64,000 nucleotides of DNA from Octopus vulgaris (Eukaryota), in the NCBI GenBank assembly GCA_951406725.2, contig OX597830.1:23994001-24058000 (forward strand), in the 5' to 3' direction. The notes beneath the pieces are model-generated. The model was given only the letters and a program-made list of their open reading frames with translations. It was not told where the DNA came from and did no database searches. The translations under genes were made by a program, and so were the position numbers. Shown here piece after piece: positions 14,510 to 28,137 of this stretch; the first letter of the stretch is position 1; every line of letters begins with the position of its first letter.

Positions 14510-14698
14510 CAGGGAGAGTTTACGAAAAAAACAAAAGTCGAAGACAGGTGGTGTACAAAACAAACAGATGTATTAGTATAACGCTCAGGAATAGAAAAAG
14601 TCTTTTACGTTTCGAGCTGACGTTCTTCTACAGAAAGGGACACAGAAAAAAGAAGGAGAGAAACAAGGAAAAAAAATGTGTGTAGTGGCTAACGATCT

Positions 14699-14703
<5 letters not shown>
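14510..14703 (-). mobile_element. Penelope-like terminal-repeat fragment (family 1) with minimal hammerhead motif
   Basis: Near-identical to 32240-32427 and 48205-48420; minus strand reads cttt-CTGTAGA-a-gaacgtcagctc-GAAAC-GTA-aaag. Confidence 0.7.
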
Positions 14704-14768
<65 letters not shown>

Positions 14769-15633
14769 CATTAATCCTCGCCATTTCCCGTTTCACTAAT
14801 GGCGGTTTATTGTTCAAGCTTACGCCGATCCCTCCGTGGTCTTGGTTTGCATTTATAATAATATGAATATATACAAATTATAAAAACAGTAAAAACAATA
14901 TACAGTGCAGAACTGTTTCTACTTCGCAGATTTTCGCCTATCGCGGGGAGTTTTGGAAATATATATATATATACATATATTTGTGTGTGCGTCGCATAAC
15001 CCATCCGACAGACACACATACAAGCTCACACACACACACAGAAACATACAGGAAGGGGTTTGAAAGTTCCTGGCTTTGAGGGTATCGCAAATGGCCTGAT
15101 TGGAGGCCAAAACTTCCGAGTTCTTTTGCAGGGTTTAGGAAAACTGAAGGACCGCTGCAATAAGTGTGTAAATCTGAGAGGAGAATATGTTGAATAAAAT
15201 CATAATGAATTGATCCTCCTGCATTTTCTTGTACCCAAAGCCAGGATAAATTTGACCCCCTCCCGTACAAGCATGTATGAAAAAGAACAGAAGAAGAAAA
15301 AAAGTCTACGCAAGGATATTATTGTAGATAATATAGACAAAACTTTATGTTGTTGCCATTTATCGTGCTCAGGGACACAAATATATGTTTTAATACAATT
15401 AACGCTTACATTACCACACGCACACACAGGTACACGTACACACACACACAGGCACACACACACACACACACACACGTGCACACCAGTAAATATATAACAT
15501 GTTAGCTTATACACGCACATACACATATATGTATATCTCTAATTATGTACAAAAATTAGCGGAAGCGTGATACGAAACACCGACCGATTCTTGACGCCAG
15601 CCGACAACTGTAATGGACATATAACAATAGGTA

Positions 15634-15752
15634 AAGCGGTGAGCTGGCAGAATCCTAAGCACACTGGGCTCAATTGCTTAGCGGCATTCCGTCCGTCTTT
15701 ACGTTCTGAGATAAAATTTCGCCAAGGTCGACTTTGCCTTTCATATTTTCGG
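15634..15752 (+). mobile_element. SINE family B, 5' part
   Basis: gcggtgagctggcagaatc...ggtcgactttgcctttcat, cut off by the tail of the adjacent family A copy. Confidence 0.85.
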
Positions 15753-15761
15753 CGGTTACCC

Positions 15762-16182
15762 TTTACTCTTTACTCTCTTTTACTCTTTTACTTGTTTCAG
15801 TCATGTGACTGTGGCTATGCTGGAGCACCGCCTTTAGCCGAGCAAATCGACCCCAGGACTTATTCTTTGTAAGCCTAGTACTTATTCTATCGGTCTCCTT
15901 TGCCGAACCGCTAAGTTACGGGCACGTAAACACACCAGCATCGGTTGCCAAGCGATGTTGGGGGACAAACACAGACACACAAACATATACACACACATAC
16001 ATATATATATACATATATACGACGGGCGTCTGTCAGTTTCCGCCTTCCAAATCTTCTCACAACGCTCTGGTCGGCCCGAGGCTATAGTAGAAGGCACTTG
16101 CCCAAGGTACCACGCAGTGGGATTGAACCCGGAACCATGTGGTTCGTATGCAAGCTACTTACCACACAGCCACTCCTACGGC
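15762..16182 (-). mobile_element. SINE family A, full length
   Basis: Minus strand: A box tggctgtgtggtaag, B box ggttcaatccc, ccttgggcaagt core, microsatellite spacer, tail ggcggtgctccagcat...(aagagtaa)n. Confidence 0.92.
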
Positions 16183-16289
16183 TATGTTGTTATCAAGCAT
16201 TACAGCAATTGATATACGATGCAATATTTATGGAAATAGTTAATATTTATGTAAATGTGTCGAAATTTGACTAACAGCCCCTGTAAATA

Positions 16290-16950
16290 TCTACATGACT
16301 TTCTCCCAAATGCTAAACACACTGATATAACTGTTTCGTTTGTACGCCTTACTTAAAACACGTTTAAGAGTAGGGATACTCGATATGTATTGCTGAATGA
16401 ATCTATTCTTAAAGGAGCTCTCAGTAAGGCCATTATAACTTGTTGCAACATCATCTATGAAAATTCCCTTTAAGTATGTGCCATAAAGAAGAAAGTAGTT
16501 GCATTGAAGGGATAAATAAGTAGTTTTCAATGTGGAAGCGACATTTGTTTTTAATCATTATGGCAGTATATATATAATGGGTATAACTGATTTTGATAAT
16601 TATTGTGTATGTGTGTGCGAACGTGAATCTGTACATGACTATATTTATTGCCATGTACGTACCATAATTAATGTAAATACAACGTGATAAGCAAAACTTA
16701 CAGCGGCATTCGTCTGGAATTAATTGCTATTATATTAAGATTTTTCAATTCCTTTCGAAAATTATTTTGTGCCAATTTTCTAATATGTGGAAAAGCAAAC
16801 ATTTTGGCATCGAACAAACTTAATTTATGACACACAAGGAAACATTGGGTGATCATAAACACGATGGGATTGCAAGTAAAATTGCATGTGAGAGTATTAT
16901 CCGTCATTTTTCTGGGGATATAAACCGCAACGAGTTAACTATATTGGGAT
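16290..16950 (-). pseudogene. Heavily decayed Penelope-like GIY-YIG endonuclease remnant
   Basis: Fragments in expected order on minus strand: CHKL, IKISY, YNGLTESSFKNRFIQQ (cf. YxGxTExxFKxRyxxH), KRNS...SIW. Confidence 0.5.
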
Positions 16951-17460
16951 GAGAAATTATACTGGATATTGTTTGATTTAAAAGTTATATAAGATCGATT
17001 GAAACAAACTAATTTCGATAAAGAATATTTCTCATGGATGTTCTGTGTTTAGAACACAATATACGTGTTGCACTCACTACCGGAAGGCGCGTTGTGTTCT
17101 TCAGCAAAGCACTTCATTTCCCCAGGCTCTGCAGAAGGGGAATGTAGCTGAATTGTTACCGCGTCTTCAAAATTGCTTTACGGTATATCTTCCGGCTATT
17201 TAAATTCTGAGTTCAAATCCAGTGTTCACTCCAGTGTTCACCCCATATCTAGTCATGGATGGGTGTAGTTCCAGTAATCTAATTTTACGGCGGCAGGAGA
17301 GAATACAAGGTCGTATAGGGAGTGTTGGAAGAGATTCACATGCATAAGACCTGCACACACAAACTCACACACAAACACATAGATAAATAAATAAATAAAT
17401 AGATAAACAGGCACTCAGCCGTACAGCAGCCAGCCAGCCACTGAGATAGACAGGTAGATA

Positions 17461-17690
17461 GATATATTTCTTTACTACCCACAAGGGGCCAAACACAGAG
17501 GGGACAAACAAGGACAGACAAAGGGATTAAGTCTATTATATCGACCACAGTGCGTAACTGTTACTTAATTTATCGACCCCGAAAGGATGAAAGGCAAAGT
17601 TGACCTCGGCGGAATTTGAACTCGGAACGTAAAGACAAACGAAATACGGCTACGCATTTCGCCCGGCGTGCTAAGGTTTCTGCTAGCTCA
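17461..17690 (-). mobile_element. SINE family B variant with Tx1-like 3' tail
   Basis: Family B head/core, but the tail is ...tctgtgtttggccccttgtgggtagtaaagaaatatatc rather than ...gaaaccaat. Confidence 0.88.
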
Positions 17691-17741
17691 GACAGACAGG
17701 CAGACAGGCAGACAGACAGACAGACAGACATACAGACAGAC

Positions 17742-17836
<95 letters not shown>

Positions 17837-17857
17837 TAGATAGATAGATAGATAGAT

Positions 17858-18976
17858 ATGTTTCTTTATTAGCCACACTGGGCTGCACACAGATAGAACA
17901 AATTACAAGGTAGAGCTTTTCTTTTGAAGGTTTAAAAAAAAAATAAATAAATAAATAAATTAAAAAAATAAAAATAAATAAAAAAAAATAATAATAAAAT
18001 AACAAATAAAATAAAATAAAAAAGGGGGGGTCGATCAAAAGGGATCGTAAAAGGAGAGAAAGAGGACAAAAAAAGGGGGGTTAAAAAAAAGGGGGAGAGG
18101 AAAAAAAATTGATCAATAGGGATCGTTATCACAGAAATGTCAATATGAAGTGTAAAGGGGAGGACAGGTGAGGTTTACCCGTGGAAAGAAAAGCCTACGG
18201 AAAAGACCACGGTAACCTCGGTCAATGAAGTCACATGTTATATTTCTTTTTTTTTTTTTTGCAAATAAGCAACTCTCTGTATTAATTTTTACGGTTCATA
18301 GAATCATAGTCAAGGTGGCTTCGTCATTCATACGTGCCATCCTTGCTACATTCACCCATCTTTTTTTAAAACATTCACTAGACAAAACTTGCCTCTCTAC
18401 TCTCACTTTTTCTTCAAGTGATACTTGAAGAAGTTGATGAGAGATTGACCAGAGAGGAAAGTGTTTGTCTCTAATCCTTTCAGACGCGTCCACCAGATAC
18501 ATTCTTTCGCCATAGCCACAAGTATGATAAAAATAGCTCTTCCTTCCCGTTTGAAGGAAGGAGGCGTGACGATATTAACGATAGACTCGGCTGATAAACC
18601 GACACGTCCCACACGTGACAGCAGTCGTTCGACATAAGCCCACAGGTGGGAAATTGCTGGACACTGCACGATTGCGTGCAGAGCGGTTTCGTCGCTCTGC
18701 CCGCATCTCGGGCAGGTCGGCCCCGTGTTTCTCGAGCCATGCCTATAGAGCTTATCCCGAACGGGTAGCGCTTCTCGGTAGCACCGCCAGGCCAGGGATC
18801 TCTGGAAGTTGTCCATAGGTCCCGGGCCGAAAGTCGTTTGAAACAGGCGGGTCAGGTATTCCTCGTCGACGCCCAGGTTTGCCCCGAGCTCGTCGTCGTA
18901 CCTCCCCTCCACTAATCCCCTATAGAATGCTTTGGTTGTGTTGAAGTCACTCAAGGTCGACCCGGGACGGCAGAGT
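17858..18976 (-). mobile_element. 5'-truncated Tx1/L1-clade LINE (ORF2 C-terminus plus 3' UTR) within a (GATA)n array
   Basis: GC-rich coding segment, T-rich 3' UTR, AATAAA followed by (TATC)n; (GATA)n on both sides. Confidence 0.85.
18296..18976 (-). pseudogene. LINE ORF2 C-terminal zf-RVT (CCHC) region
   Basis: AWR...ALPVRDKL...CPRCGQSDETALHAIVQCP...LW; one frameshift in the A-run at HLKKK, continuing VRVERQV...FKKRW...TMIL*. Confidence 0.85.
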
Positions 18977-18977
18977 T

Positions 18978-19056
<79 letters not shown>

Positions 19057-19510
19057 TCGGAGGGAGAAAGAATTCGTTCCAGCATCTGTTAGTGTGAACG
19101 CCATGTGCATTTCTGTGTCGGTGGAAGTTTTACAATAGTGTGTAGTCACAGCCAGCATGCTTAGACGAAATTTGTCCCCAACACTATATGGGGACAGTGA
19201 ATAAACAGTCGCTTAAGTCGCAAGGAGCCGCCCAGCGAAATAAAAGCCTGTCATATTCGTTATGTATAAATAAACATAGATGGAAGTAGGTGCTAAAGAG
19301 ATGTATATAAGCGCGTATTAATTTTCACTTAGAGTTATTATATGATACTAATTTATACGTTCTCGTTTTCAATGAGATTTAAAGTTTCTTGTTAAGTAAA
19401 TTGTTAATGTCACAATCATAAAGAATATTCGGTATATACCAGTGATGTTTGTATGTACCTTGCATTCTATCTTTCGATAGATAGATAAACAGACAGACAG
19501 ATAGATAGAC

Positions 19511-19633
<123 letters not shown>

Positions 19634-19645
19634 CAATATACTCAA

Positions 19646-19865
19646 TTACTCTTTTACTCTTTTACTTGTTTCAGACATTTGACTGCGGCCATGCTGGAGC
19701 ACCGCCTTTAGTCGAGCAAATCGACCCCAGGAATTATTCTTTGTAAGCCTAGTACTTATTCTATCGGTCTCTTATGCCGAACCGCTAAGTTACGGGGACA
19801 TAAACACACCAGCATCGGTTGTCAAGCAATGTGGGGGGACAAACACAGGCATACACACATACACA

Positions 19866-19917
<52 letters not shown>

Positions 19918-20111
19918 TATATATATATATATGTTTATATATTTATACGATGGGCTTCTTTCAGTTTCCGACTACCAAATCCACTCACAAGGCTTTGGTC
20001 AGCCCGAGGTTATAGTAGAAGATACTTGCCCAAGGTGTCACGCAGTGGGACTGAAACCGGAACCATGTGGTTGGTAAGCAAGCTACTTACCACACAGCCG
20101 CTCCTACGCCT
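19646..20111 (-). mobile_element. SINE family A, full length
   Basis: Complete head (ggcgtaggag...ggtttcagtccc), (TA)/(TG) spacer and tail. Confidence 0.92.
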
Positions 20112-20127
20112 ATTATGTAATCTGTTT

Positions 20128-20183
<56 letters not shown>

Positions 20184-20185
<2 letters not shown>

Positions 20186-20520
20186 AGGCGCAATGACCCA
20201 GTGGTTAGGGAAGCAGACTCGCGGTCATAGGACCGCTGTTTCGATTACTAGACAGGGCGTTGTGAGTGTTTATTGAGCGAAAACACCTAAAGCTCCACGA
20301 GGCTCTGGCAGGGGGTTGTGGTTAACCCTGCTGTTCTCTGTCATCACAGCTGTTTCTCACCCTTTCTTCCTCTTTCTGTTGTACCCGTAAATCAAATGGC
20401 CAGCCGTGTCACACGCTGAAACTCCCCAAGAACTACGTTAAGGGTACGCGAGTCTGTGGAATGCTCAGCTATTTGCCCGTTACAACTGGAACCCTCGTCG
20501 TCGTAACCGACGGAGTGCCA
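20184..20520 (+). mobile_element. SINE family C
   Basis: gaggcgcaatgacccagtggttagg...gtttcgatt head and ccctcgtcgtcgtaaccgacggagtgc tail, as at 40702-41056. Confidence 0.9.
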
Positions 20521-20745
20521 CGATATATATATATATATGTGTGTGTGTGTATGTGTGTGTGTGTGTGTGTGTGTTTGTGTGTGTGTATTAGTGTGTGTTT
20601 ATGTGTGGATGCATGCATGTATGCACAGAGTATATATAAAGCAACAGTTTTGCCCCATTGCCATTTTATTCCCACTCTCAATCTCCCTCCCTCCCGATCT
20701 CTCTCTCCCTTTCTTTATTTGTCTCTGTTTGTCTCCCTCTAAGTC

Positions 20746-20776
<31 letters not shown>

Positions 20777-20861
20777 AAGTATATATCCATATATATGTGT
20801 GGGCGTACATGTGATAATACTGAGATTCGTTTTTGCTAAAATATGAATATATCAGGCCATG

Positions 20862-20913
<52 letters not shown>

Positions 20914-21102
20914 TACATACATACATACATACATACATACATACATGTACATATATATATATAGAGAGAGAGGGGGACAGAGAGAGAGAGACACGCAGGC
21001 ACATATAATAGAGAGAGAGACACACAGGCACATATAATATTTGTATGTTTGTATGTATGCATATGAGTATGTATGTATATGCATATATATACATACACAC
21101 AC

Positions 21103-21157
<55 letters not shown>

Positions 21158-21350
21158 CATACATATATATATGTATATATATACGTGTGTGCATGTATGT
21201 GTGTGTATGTGTCTGTTTGTGTGAGTGTGTTCGCCTACACTCATAACAACATACACACGTGCACAAACATATATATATACATATACATGCATACTTACAT
21301 ACATGCATACATACAAGCATACAAATATTATACGTGTCTCTGTGTGTGTG

Positions 21351-21389
<39 letters not shown>

Positions 21390-22379
21390 ACATATCTATA
21401 TTAGCTATAAATATAGATATGTGTGTATATATGTATGTGATGAAGAAGTGGGGGTGTGTGCTGATCCTTATGTAAACAAAGAGAATTGGAAATAATTGTA
21501 TTTGTTTACATATGTATATCAGATTATAGAAATTTACATAAAAATATAAAATATAGCGACGACTCTCCCCTTCCCTTTTCCAGTATCACTCTGTCTATAT
21601 CACTTTTATATCCCAATAACTATGAAACTCGCGCTCTCAAATTCCATCGCCGACAAACATACATAAATACGCGCGCGCGCATGCACGCACTCACGCACGC
21701 ACATGCACACGCATGCGTACACCCTGTCTTTGTTTGTATATTTCCTATCTGTCTTTTAGTCATTCTCTCCTTTACATTCTACAAATTAAGAGTTCAGATA
21801 TATATTTTTTGTGCGTGTAATTTAATATTATCTGATATACATATAATTCCAGGAATAATTCAGTAACGTCCGGTGGGTATCGAAATACACATATGCACAT
21901 ACACGCACATACACACAAAGTTATGTACATACGCTATATATATATATGTGTGTGTGTGTGAGTGTATGCTTGAAGTGAAAGTGGTGGAGAAAGCATATGC
22001 CGATATATATAAATGTACTTGTACATTCGTAATCATACACACGCGCACTCACACGCACACATAGAGACACACACACGTATATAGATACACACAGACGTAT
22101 ATGTATGTAAACATGCGTATGCATCCATGAAATGCATTCATATAAATGTGTATAGGCGTATATGTGCATATATATCTATATATGTATATATACATATATA
22201 TGTGTGTATGTATGTACATATATATATGTATGTACATATATACATGTATGTATATATATATGTATATATATGTATATATATTTATACGTATATTTATATA
22301 TATATATATACTTATATATGTATGTATGCATCTATATATATATATGTTTGTATACACATACGTATATATGTATAATATT

Positions 22380-22436
<57 letters not shown>

Positions 22437-23279
22437 AAATATAGCTATGGATATGATATCTGGGTGGTTGAATTTGTAGGTATGTGTGTAGTGGTTTGTA
22501 AGTGTGTGTGTGCGTGTGTGCTATTGTGTGTAACTGAATACTTACGTTTATCCTTAAATGCTCCCATATCTCAAACTACAAACATAATTGCACATATCTA
22601 AACACGTCTACAAATGACTCTGAGTACGCCTACGTGCATATCTCTGTACGAACGTGTGTGTATGTGCGTTTGCGTGTATGCGTGTATGTGTCTGTGTGTC
22701 TGTGTGCGCGTGCGTGTTTGGAGTGAGAAATGTTTGTCTATCTGATTTCTGCCACTCCAGCTGACAGTCTTCAAATCAACATGCCCCATCGACTGTATTT
22801 ACCATTCCATTTGTTGCCAAAGACGGACAAACGAAGAGTGGAAGTAATAAATATCTGTGCCAAAAACCTATATGTGAGAGGGCGTTAAAGTACCAGGAAT
22901 AAGCGCGATTTTCGGGAAGTTTTTATTCCTCCACTGCTGTCATGTTTACCAAAAACTGCTTCTGACGATTATAGGTTTGTTGTCATACGTAGCTGTTCAA
23001 CCTCGTAAAAATAGCAGCGAAATCTCCGTCGAGGAAGCACACGTTAGACATAGTGTTTCTTGATGGCTTCCACATCCCTCAAAAGGTAGGATGGACAAAG
23101 CTGGAATCTTTGTGATCATAGTTCTTGAAATGGACGTGAACGGCGCAAAAATATCTCTACGTTGTCAGACTTGACATATTTAGCTGTGTGGCACGTTGAA
23201 CAAGTGCCTTGTACAGCAGTCTAGGACCGCCCAAAGCCTTATGAGTGGATTTCGTAGACGGAAACTAAAAGAAGTCAGT

Positions 23280-23346
<67 letters not shown>

Positions 23347-23359
23347 TTATATATATATA

Positions 23360-23771
23360 TACTCTTTTACTCTTTTACTTGTATCAGTCATTTGACTGCG
23401 GCCATGCTGGAGCACCGCCTTTAAACGAGCAACTCGACCCCGGGACTTATTCTTTTGTAAGCCCAGTACTTATTCTATTGGTCTCTTTTGCCGAACCGCT
23501 CAGTGTCGGGGACGTAAACACACCAGCATCGGTTGTCAAGCAATGCTAGGGAGACAAACACAGACACACAAACATACACGCACACACACACATATATATA
23601 TACATATATACGACGGGCTTCTTTCAGTTTCCGTCTACCAAATCCACTCACAAGGCATTGGTCGGCCCGAGGCTATAGTAGAAGACACTTGCCCAAGGTG
23701 CCATGCAGTGGGACTGAACCCGGAACCATGTGGTTGGTAAACAAGCTACTTACCACACCGCCACTCCTGCG

Positions 23772-23773
<2 letters not shown>
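23360..23773 (-). mobile_element. SINE family A, full length, well conserved
   Basis: Intact A and B boxes and tail. Confidence 0.93.
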
Positions 23774-23811
<38 letters not shown>

Positions 23812-23900
23812 CATACATACTTATATATATATATGAATATATATATATACACGCACACAAAACGAGGGTCCTTCTAGTTTCCGTGTATATCCGTGTGTGC

Positions 23901-24081
23901 ACGTGTGTGTTAGTGCGAGTGTGTATGTGTGTGGATGTGTACAAATATGTCAGTGTGTCTGTGTGTCTTTCTTTGTGTCTATGTTACTCATTTGCCACAT
24001 CACTTGGAAACTGGTACTGGTGAGTTTAAATCTCCGTAACTTAGCGGTTCGGCAGGAGGCTCCCAACGGAATAAGTACGAA

Positions 24082-24139
<58 letters not shown>
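23901..24139 (+). repeat. Left arm of a near-identical inverted duplication (partner 26023-26271)
   Basis: 5 differences over about 182 bp, followed by (CTA)n. Confidence 0.92.
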
Positions 24140-24142
24140 ATG

Positions 24143-24219
<77 letters not shown>

Positions 24220-24644
24220 CATAGTGTTTTTATATATTTGTATATATAATCAATAATAATAAAGGGTAAAATTAATTGATTGAATAATAATTAATAACTT
24301 TACCAAGTAGTTCGGTATGTTAAATGAACCATTTACCGGTAAACTTTAAAAAAGGCGGTATGTGGTGAAACAAATTTTTTGCTGAACCCTAATTATAATT
24401 ATACTCATAATTATAAAATTTTTTGTTTGTATATATATATATATTTGTCCAAAATCACGGAGTAGTAATAGGATGGAGTAGGAGAAAGAGTAGTATAACT
24501 GAAGGGAGAGGGGAGAAAATAGTAATTCAGTGAAGGAGAAGTAGTGAGAGTAATAGCCCTGACTGAGAGAAAATGAGGGAAATGAACAGCATGGAGAGAA
24601 ACGAAGTGGCAAAGAGCGCATCGTGTATCTTCTGTTTTTCTTCA

Positions 24645-25081
24645 TCACAACATATGAATGAGTAAGGAAGGGGTGAAAAAATGTGTGTAAAAGGGAGTTA
24701 TGGGAATATCTGTGTGTATGTGCGTGTGTGTAATGGAAATGGGTTGGCGAACGTTCAACGCTGAAAAGAAAAATCAAACAGCATTTCAACTGAGTATATG
24801 TGTGTGCATGTAGAAGGGAAGTATGTGAATGTATGTGAACATTGACAAGTGTATTAATTTGATTTACCAACATATCTTCTACTATAATAATATTCTAGTA
24901 TATTTCCCCGTCACAACATATGAATGAGAAAGGAAGGAGTGATAGATGAAAAAGGAAGGAAAGGGTGATGGCAAACTTGGTGGTTGGATGATGGAAACTC
25001 TACGGTGAAAAAAATCAATTAAGGTTTCAAATCTCCAGTGTATATATGTGTGTATACAAAAGGGAGTCATGTGAATGTGAA

Positions 25082-25168
<87 letters not shown>

Positions 25169-25280
25169 TTGTGTTGCAATGGAAGTGGGATGGTGAACAT
25201 TGAACGCTGAAAAGAAAAATCAAACAGCGTTTCAACTCTGTGTGTATGTGTGTGTACAAGAGATGTATGTGAATGTTTGT
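24645..25280 (+). repeat. Old degenerate direct duplication (about 24645-24835 vs 24911-25280)
   Basis: Shared tcacaacatatgaatgag and aacgctgaaaagaaaaatcaaacagc blocks in the same order. Confidence 0.75.
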
Positions 25281-25390
25281 ATCTGTGATTATTACGTACC
25301 TTATTTTGTACCTTATTTTTGTGTAAAATACTACAATTAGATGTCGTTTTTGACGTCACGGGGGAAGATATTAATAATAATAATAATAAT

Positions 25391-26022
25391 GATTTCTTTT
25401 ATTGGCTACAAGGGCCAAAGACATGGAGGACAATATCGAAGGACGAGTTACAGCACATAAAAAAAACACAACACAACAAAAATTATAAAAGCATGTGGGG
25501 TTAACATCGATCAAAGAGGGATGCTACCACACTAAAGGATATAACAGACGATATATAATAGAAAGTAGAGAAATAAATCATAAATAAATAGAATCCTCAA
25601 TAGCAGAGATCCTAAAGTCCGCTTTGGGTAATCCGGGTTAAAGCCCCTACAAAAATCGTGGATTACTCTGTCATCTCCAGATCATGGAAAAGTACCCACT
25701 TTCCAGTTGCTTTCCTCCTGTCTAGAAAAGAATATTCAGAGTAGATCCATTCAGTCTCACCAGTCTTGCCACTGTCGACCCTCACTGTCGGCCACTCTCG
25801 AAAAGCACACTAGACGGCGGCACCTCCCGCTCTACTTTCTTCTTCAAATGATGTTTGAAGAAATTGATGAGGACTAGGCCAGATAGGAAAGTGCTTGTCT
25901 TCAAATCATTCAGACGGGTCAGACCTGTCAGCCTCTTTTGCCACAGCCACTAAGCAGAGAAAGATCTGCTTTCCTTCTCTGCTAAGGGAAGGTGGTGCAT
26001 CGATCTTCACTATACACTCGGC
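25391..26022 (-). mobile_element. Second 5'-truncated Tx1-like LINE (related subfamily) ending in (TTA)n
   Basis: Minus translation AECIVKIDAPPSLSREGKQIFLCLVAVAKE...TFLSGLVLINFFKHHLKKKV is homologous to 18296-18976; ends AATAAAAGAAATC(ATT)n. Confidence 0.85.
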
Positions 26023-26090
<68 letters not shown>

Positions 26091-26271
26091 TTCGTACTTA
26101 TTCCGTTGGGAGCCTCCTGCCGAACCGCTAAGTTACGGAGATTTAAACTCATCAGTACCAGTTTCCAAGTGTTGTGACAAATGAGTAACATAGACACAAA
26201 GAAAGACACACAGACACACTGACATATTTGTACACATCCACATACATACACACTCGCACTAACACACGCGT
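26023..26271 (-). repeat. Right arm of the inverted duplication of 23901-24139
   Basis: Reverse-complement match; (TAG)n on both sides. Confidence 0.92.
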
Positions 26272-26362
26272 AGTAGTAGCAGCAGCCACAGCAATAGTAG
26301 TAGTAGTAGTAATAATAATAAGAAGAACAATAACAATAACAATAATAATAATAATAATAATG

Positions 26363-26450
<88 letters not shown>

Positions 26451-26985
26451 GGAATAACAACAGAAAAAAGATGGTATAGGCACACACCAGAAAAGGTCAC
26501 AGAAAACGAGAAAGCAACCATACTCTGGGATATGCCGATACAGACAGATAGAGAAATTAAGGCCAACAGACCAGATATAGTTGTCAGAGATCATGAAGAA
26601 AAAAAAATGCTTTCTAATTGATGTATCAATACCAGCAGATGACAACGTGTCTCTAAAAGAAATGGAGAAACTCTCAAAATACAAAGACCTGGAAATAGAG
26701 GTAACTAGAATGTGGAATCTGAAAACAGAAACAATTCCTATCATAGTAGGTGCATTAGGCATGATAAAAAAAATATTCAGACAAATACATAACAAAAACA
26801 CCAGGACTTACAAACACATATAACATACAGAAAATTGCACTACTAGGCACTGCACACATCCTACGCAGAACACTTTCCATACAATAACCATCAGAGCATC
26901 ACAACAAATCACAGCACATACCCAAGGCACACAGAGCTGTGCTCGGTAGTGAAGTGAAAGCACGCTATAAAAATAAAACTACTGA

Positions 26986-26986
<1 letters not shown>
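26451..26986 (+). mobile_element. 3' fragment of an RLE-type non-LTR retrotransposon (R4/Dong-like) in (AAT)n
   Basis: WYRHTPEKV...ILWDMPIQTDREIKANRPDIVV...CFLIDVSIP.DDN...KEMEKLSKYKDL...IPIIVGALG...LLGTAHILRRTLSIQ* (PD-(D/E)xK endonuclease; two A-run frameshifts; stop 26885-26887). Confidence 0.9.
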
Positions 26987-27060
<74 letters not shown>

Positions 27061-27063
<3 letters not shown>

Positions 27064-27507
27064 TTCTGCTCAATACCACAGATTTGCTTGTCAGTTGTTT
27101 GACCTTAACCAGTTGAGCATGTCCCTTAGTGGCTGACGATATGTGCATCTCTGATCACGAGCAGAAGTAGTGGGGGAGCATCATAGCCATGTGTTGAGAG
27201 GGATTGTTTGGGGTTTGAATAGTTTACCTCTGGAAACATGAGTGTTTCTTTCAACATCCTCAAACAACCCTTATTCGGGGACCTTTTGAGCGGGATGGGC
27301 TACTCAACATGAAGAAAATTCTAACTGGGCCCCACCTGCAAGGTCATGTGCTGTTTATCTTGATATGAGATCACCATGTTGCGCACATATGGTTGTGATT
27401 CATGTGCCTGGTGTACCCTTATCAGACGGGTAGTCATGATGGGTATATTGGGCTTCGTATATTTGACCCCAGTGTCACTTTGATGGCATGAACTGCTCTC
27501 TCACTCA
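27061..27507. mobile_element. Non-coding interspersed repeat (about 580-bp family), truncated copy in (AAT)n
   Basis: High identity to 27560-28138 and 59423-59957; orientation uncertain. Confidence 0.85.
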
Positions 27508-27559
27508 ATAATAATAATAACAATAATAATAATAATAATAATTATAATAATAATAATAA

Positions 27560-28137
27560 ATGCCCTGATGCAGTACCAGGAATGCTCTGATGCAGTACCA
27601 GGCAGTGGCTCTCATGGCTTCTGATCTTAACTGAATGGAAGTGTTATCATGTACATTGTTTTGTCTTGGTATAAAAGATGGGCTACAGCAAATATTCTGC
27701 TCAATACCACAGATTTGCTTGTCAGTTGTTTGACCTTAACCAGTTGAGCATGTCCCTTAGTGGCTGATGATATGTGCATCTCCGATCACGAGCAGAAGTA
27801 GTGGGGGAGCATCATAGCCATGTGTTGAGAGGGATTCTTTGGGGTTTGAATAATTCACCTCTGGAAACATGGGTGGTTCATTCAACATCCTTAAACAACC
27901 CTTATTCAGGGACCTTTTGAGCGGGATGGGCTACTCAACCTGAAGAAAATTCTAACTGGGCCCCACCTGCAAGGTCATGCGCTGTTTATCTTGATATGAG
28001 ATCACCATGTCGCGCACATATGGTTGTGATGCATGTGCCTGGTGTACCCTTATCAGACGGGTAGTCATTATGGGTATATTGGGCTTCGTATATTTGACCC
28101 CAGTGTCACTTTGATGGCATGAACTGCTCTCTCACTC

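Noticed and set aside
22970-23130. Another old repeat family (aaatagcagc.aaat; similar pieces near 28240-28420, 41440-41600, 58880-59000)
   Set aside because: Probably real but too degenerate to delimit by eye.
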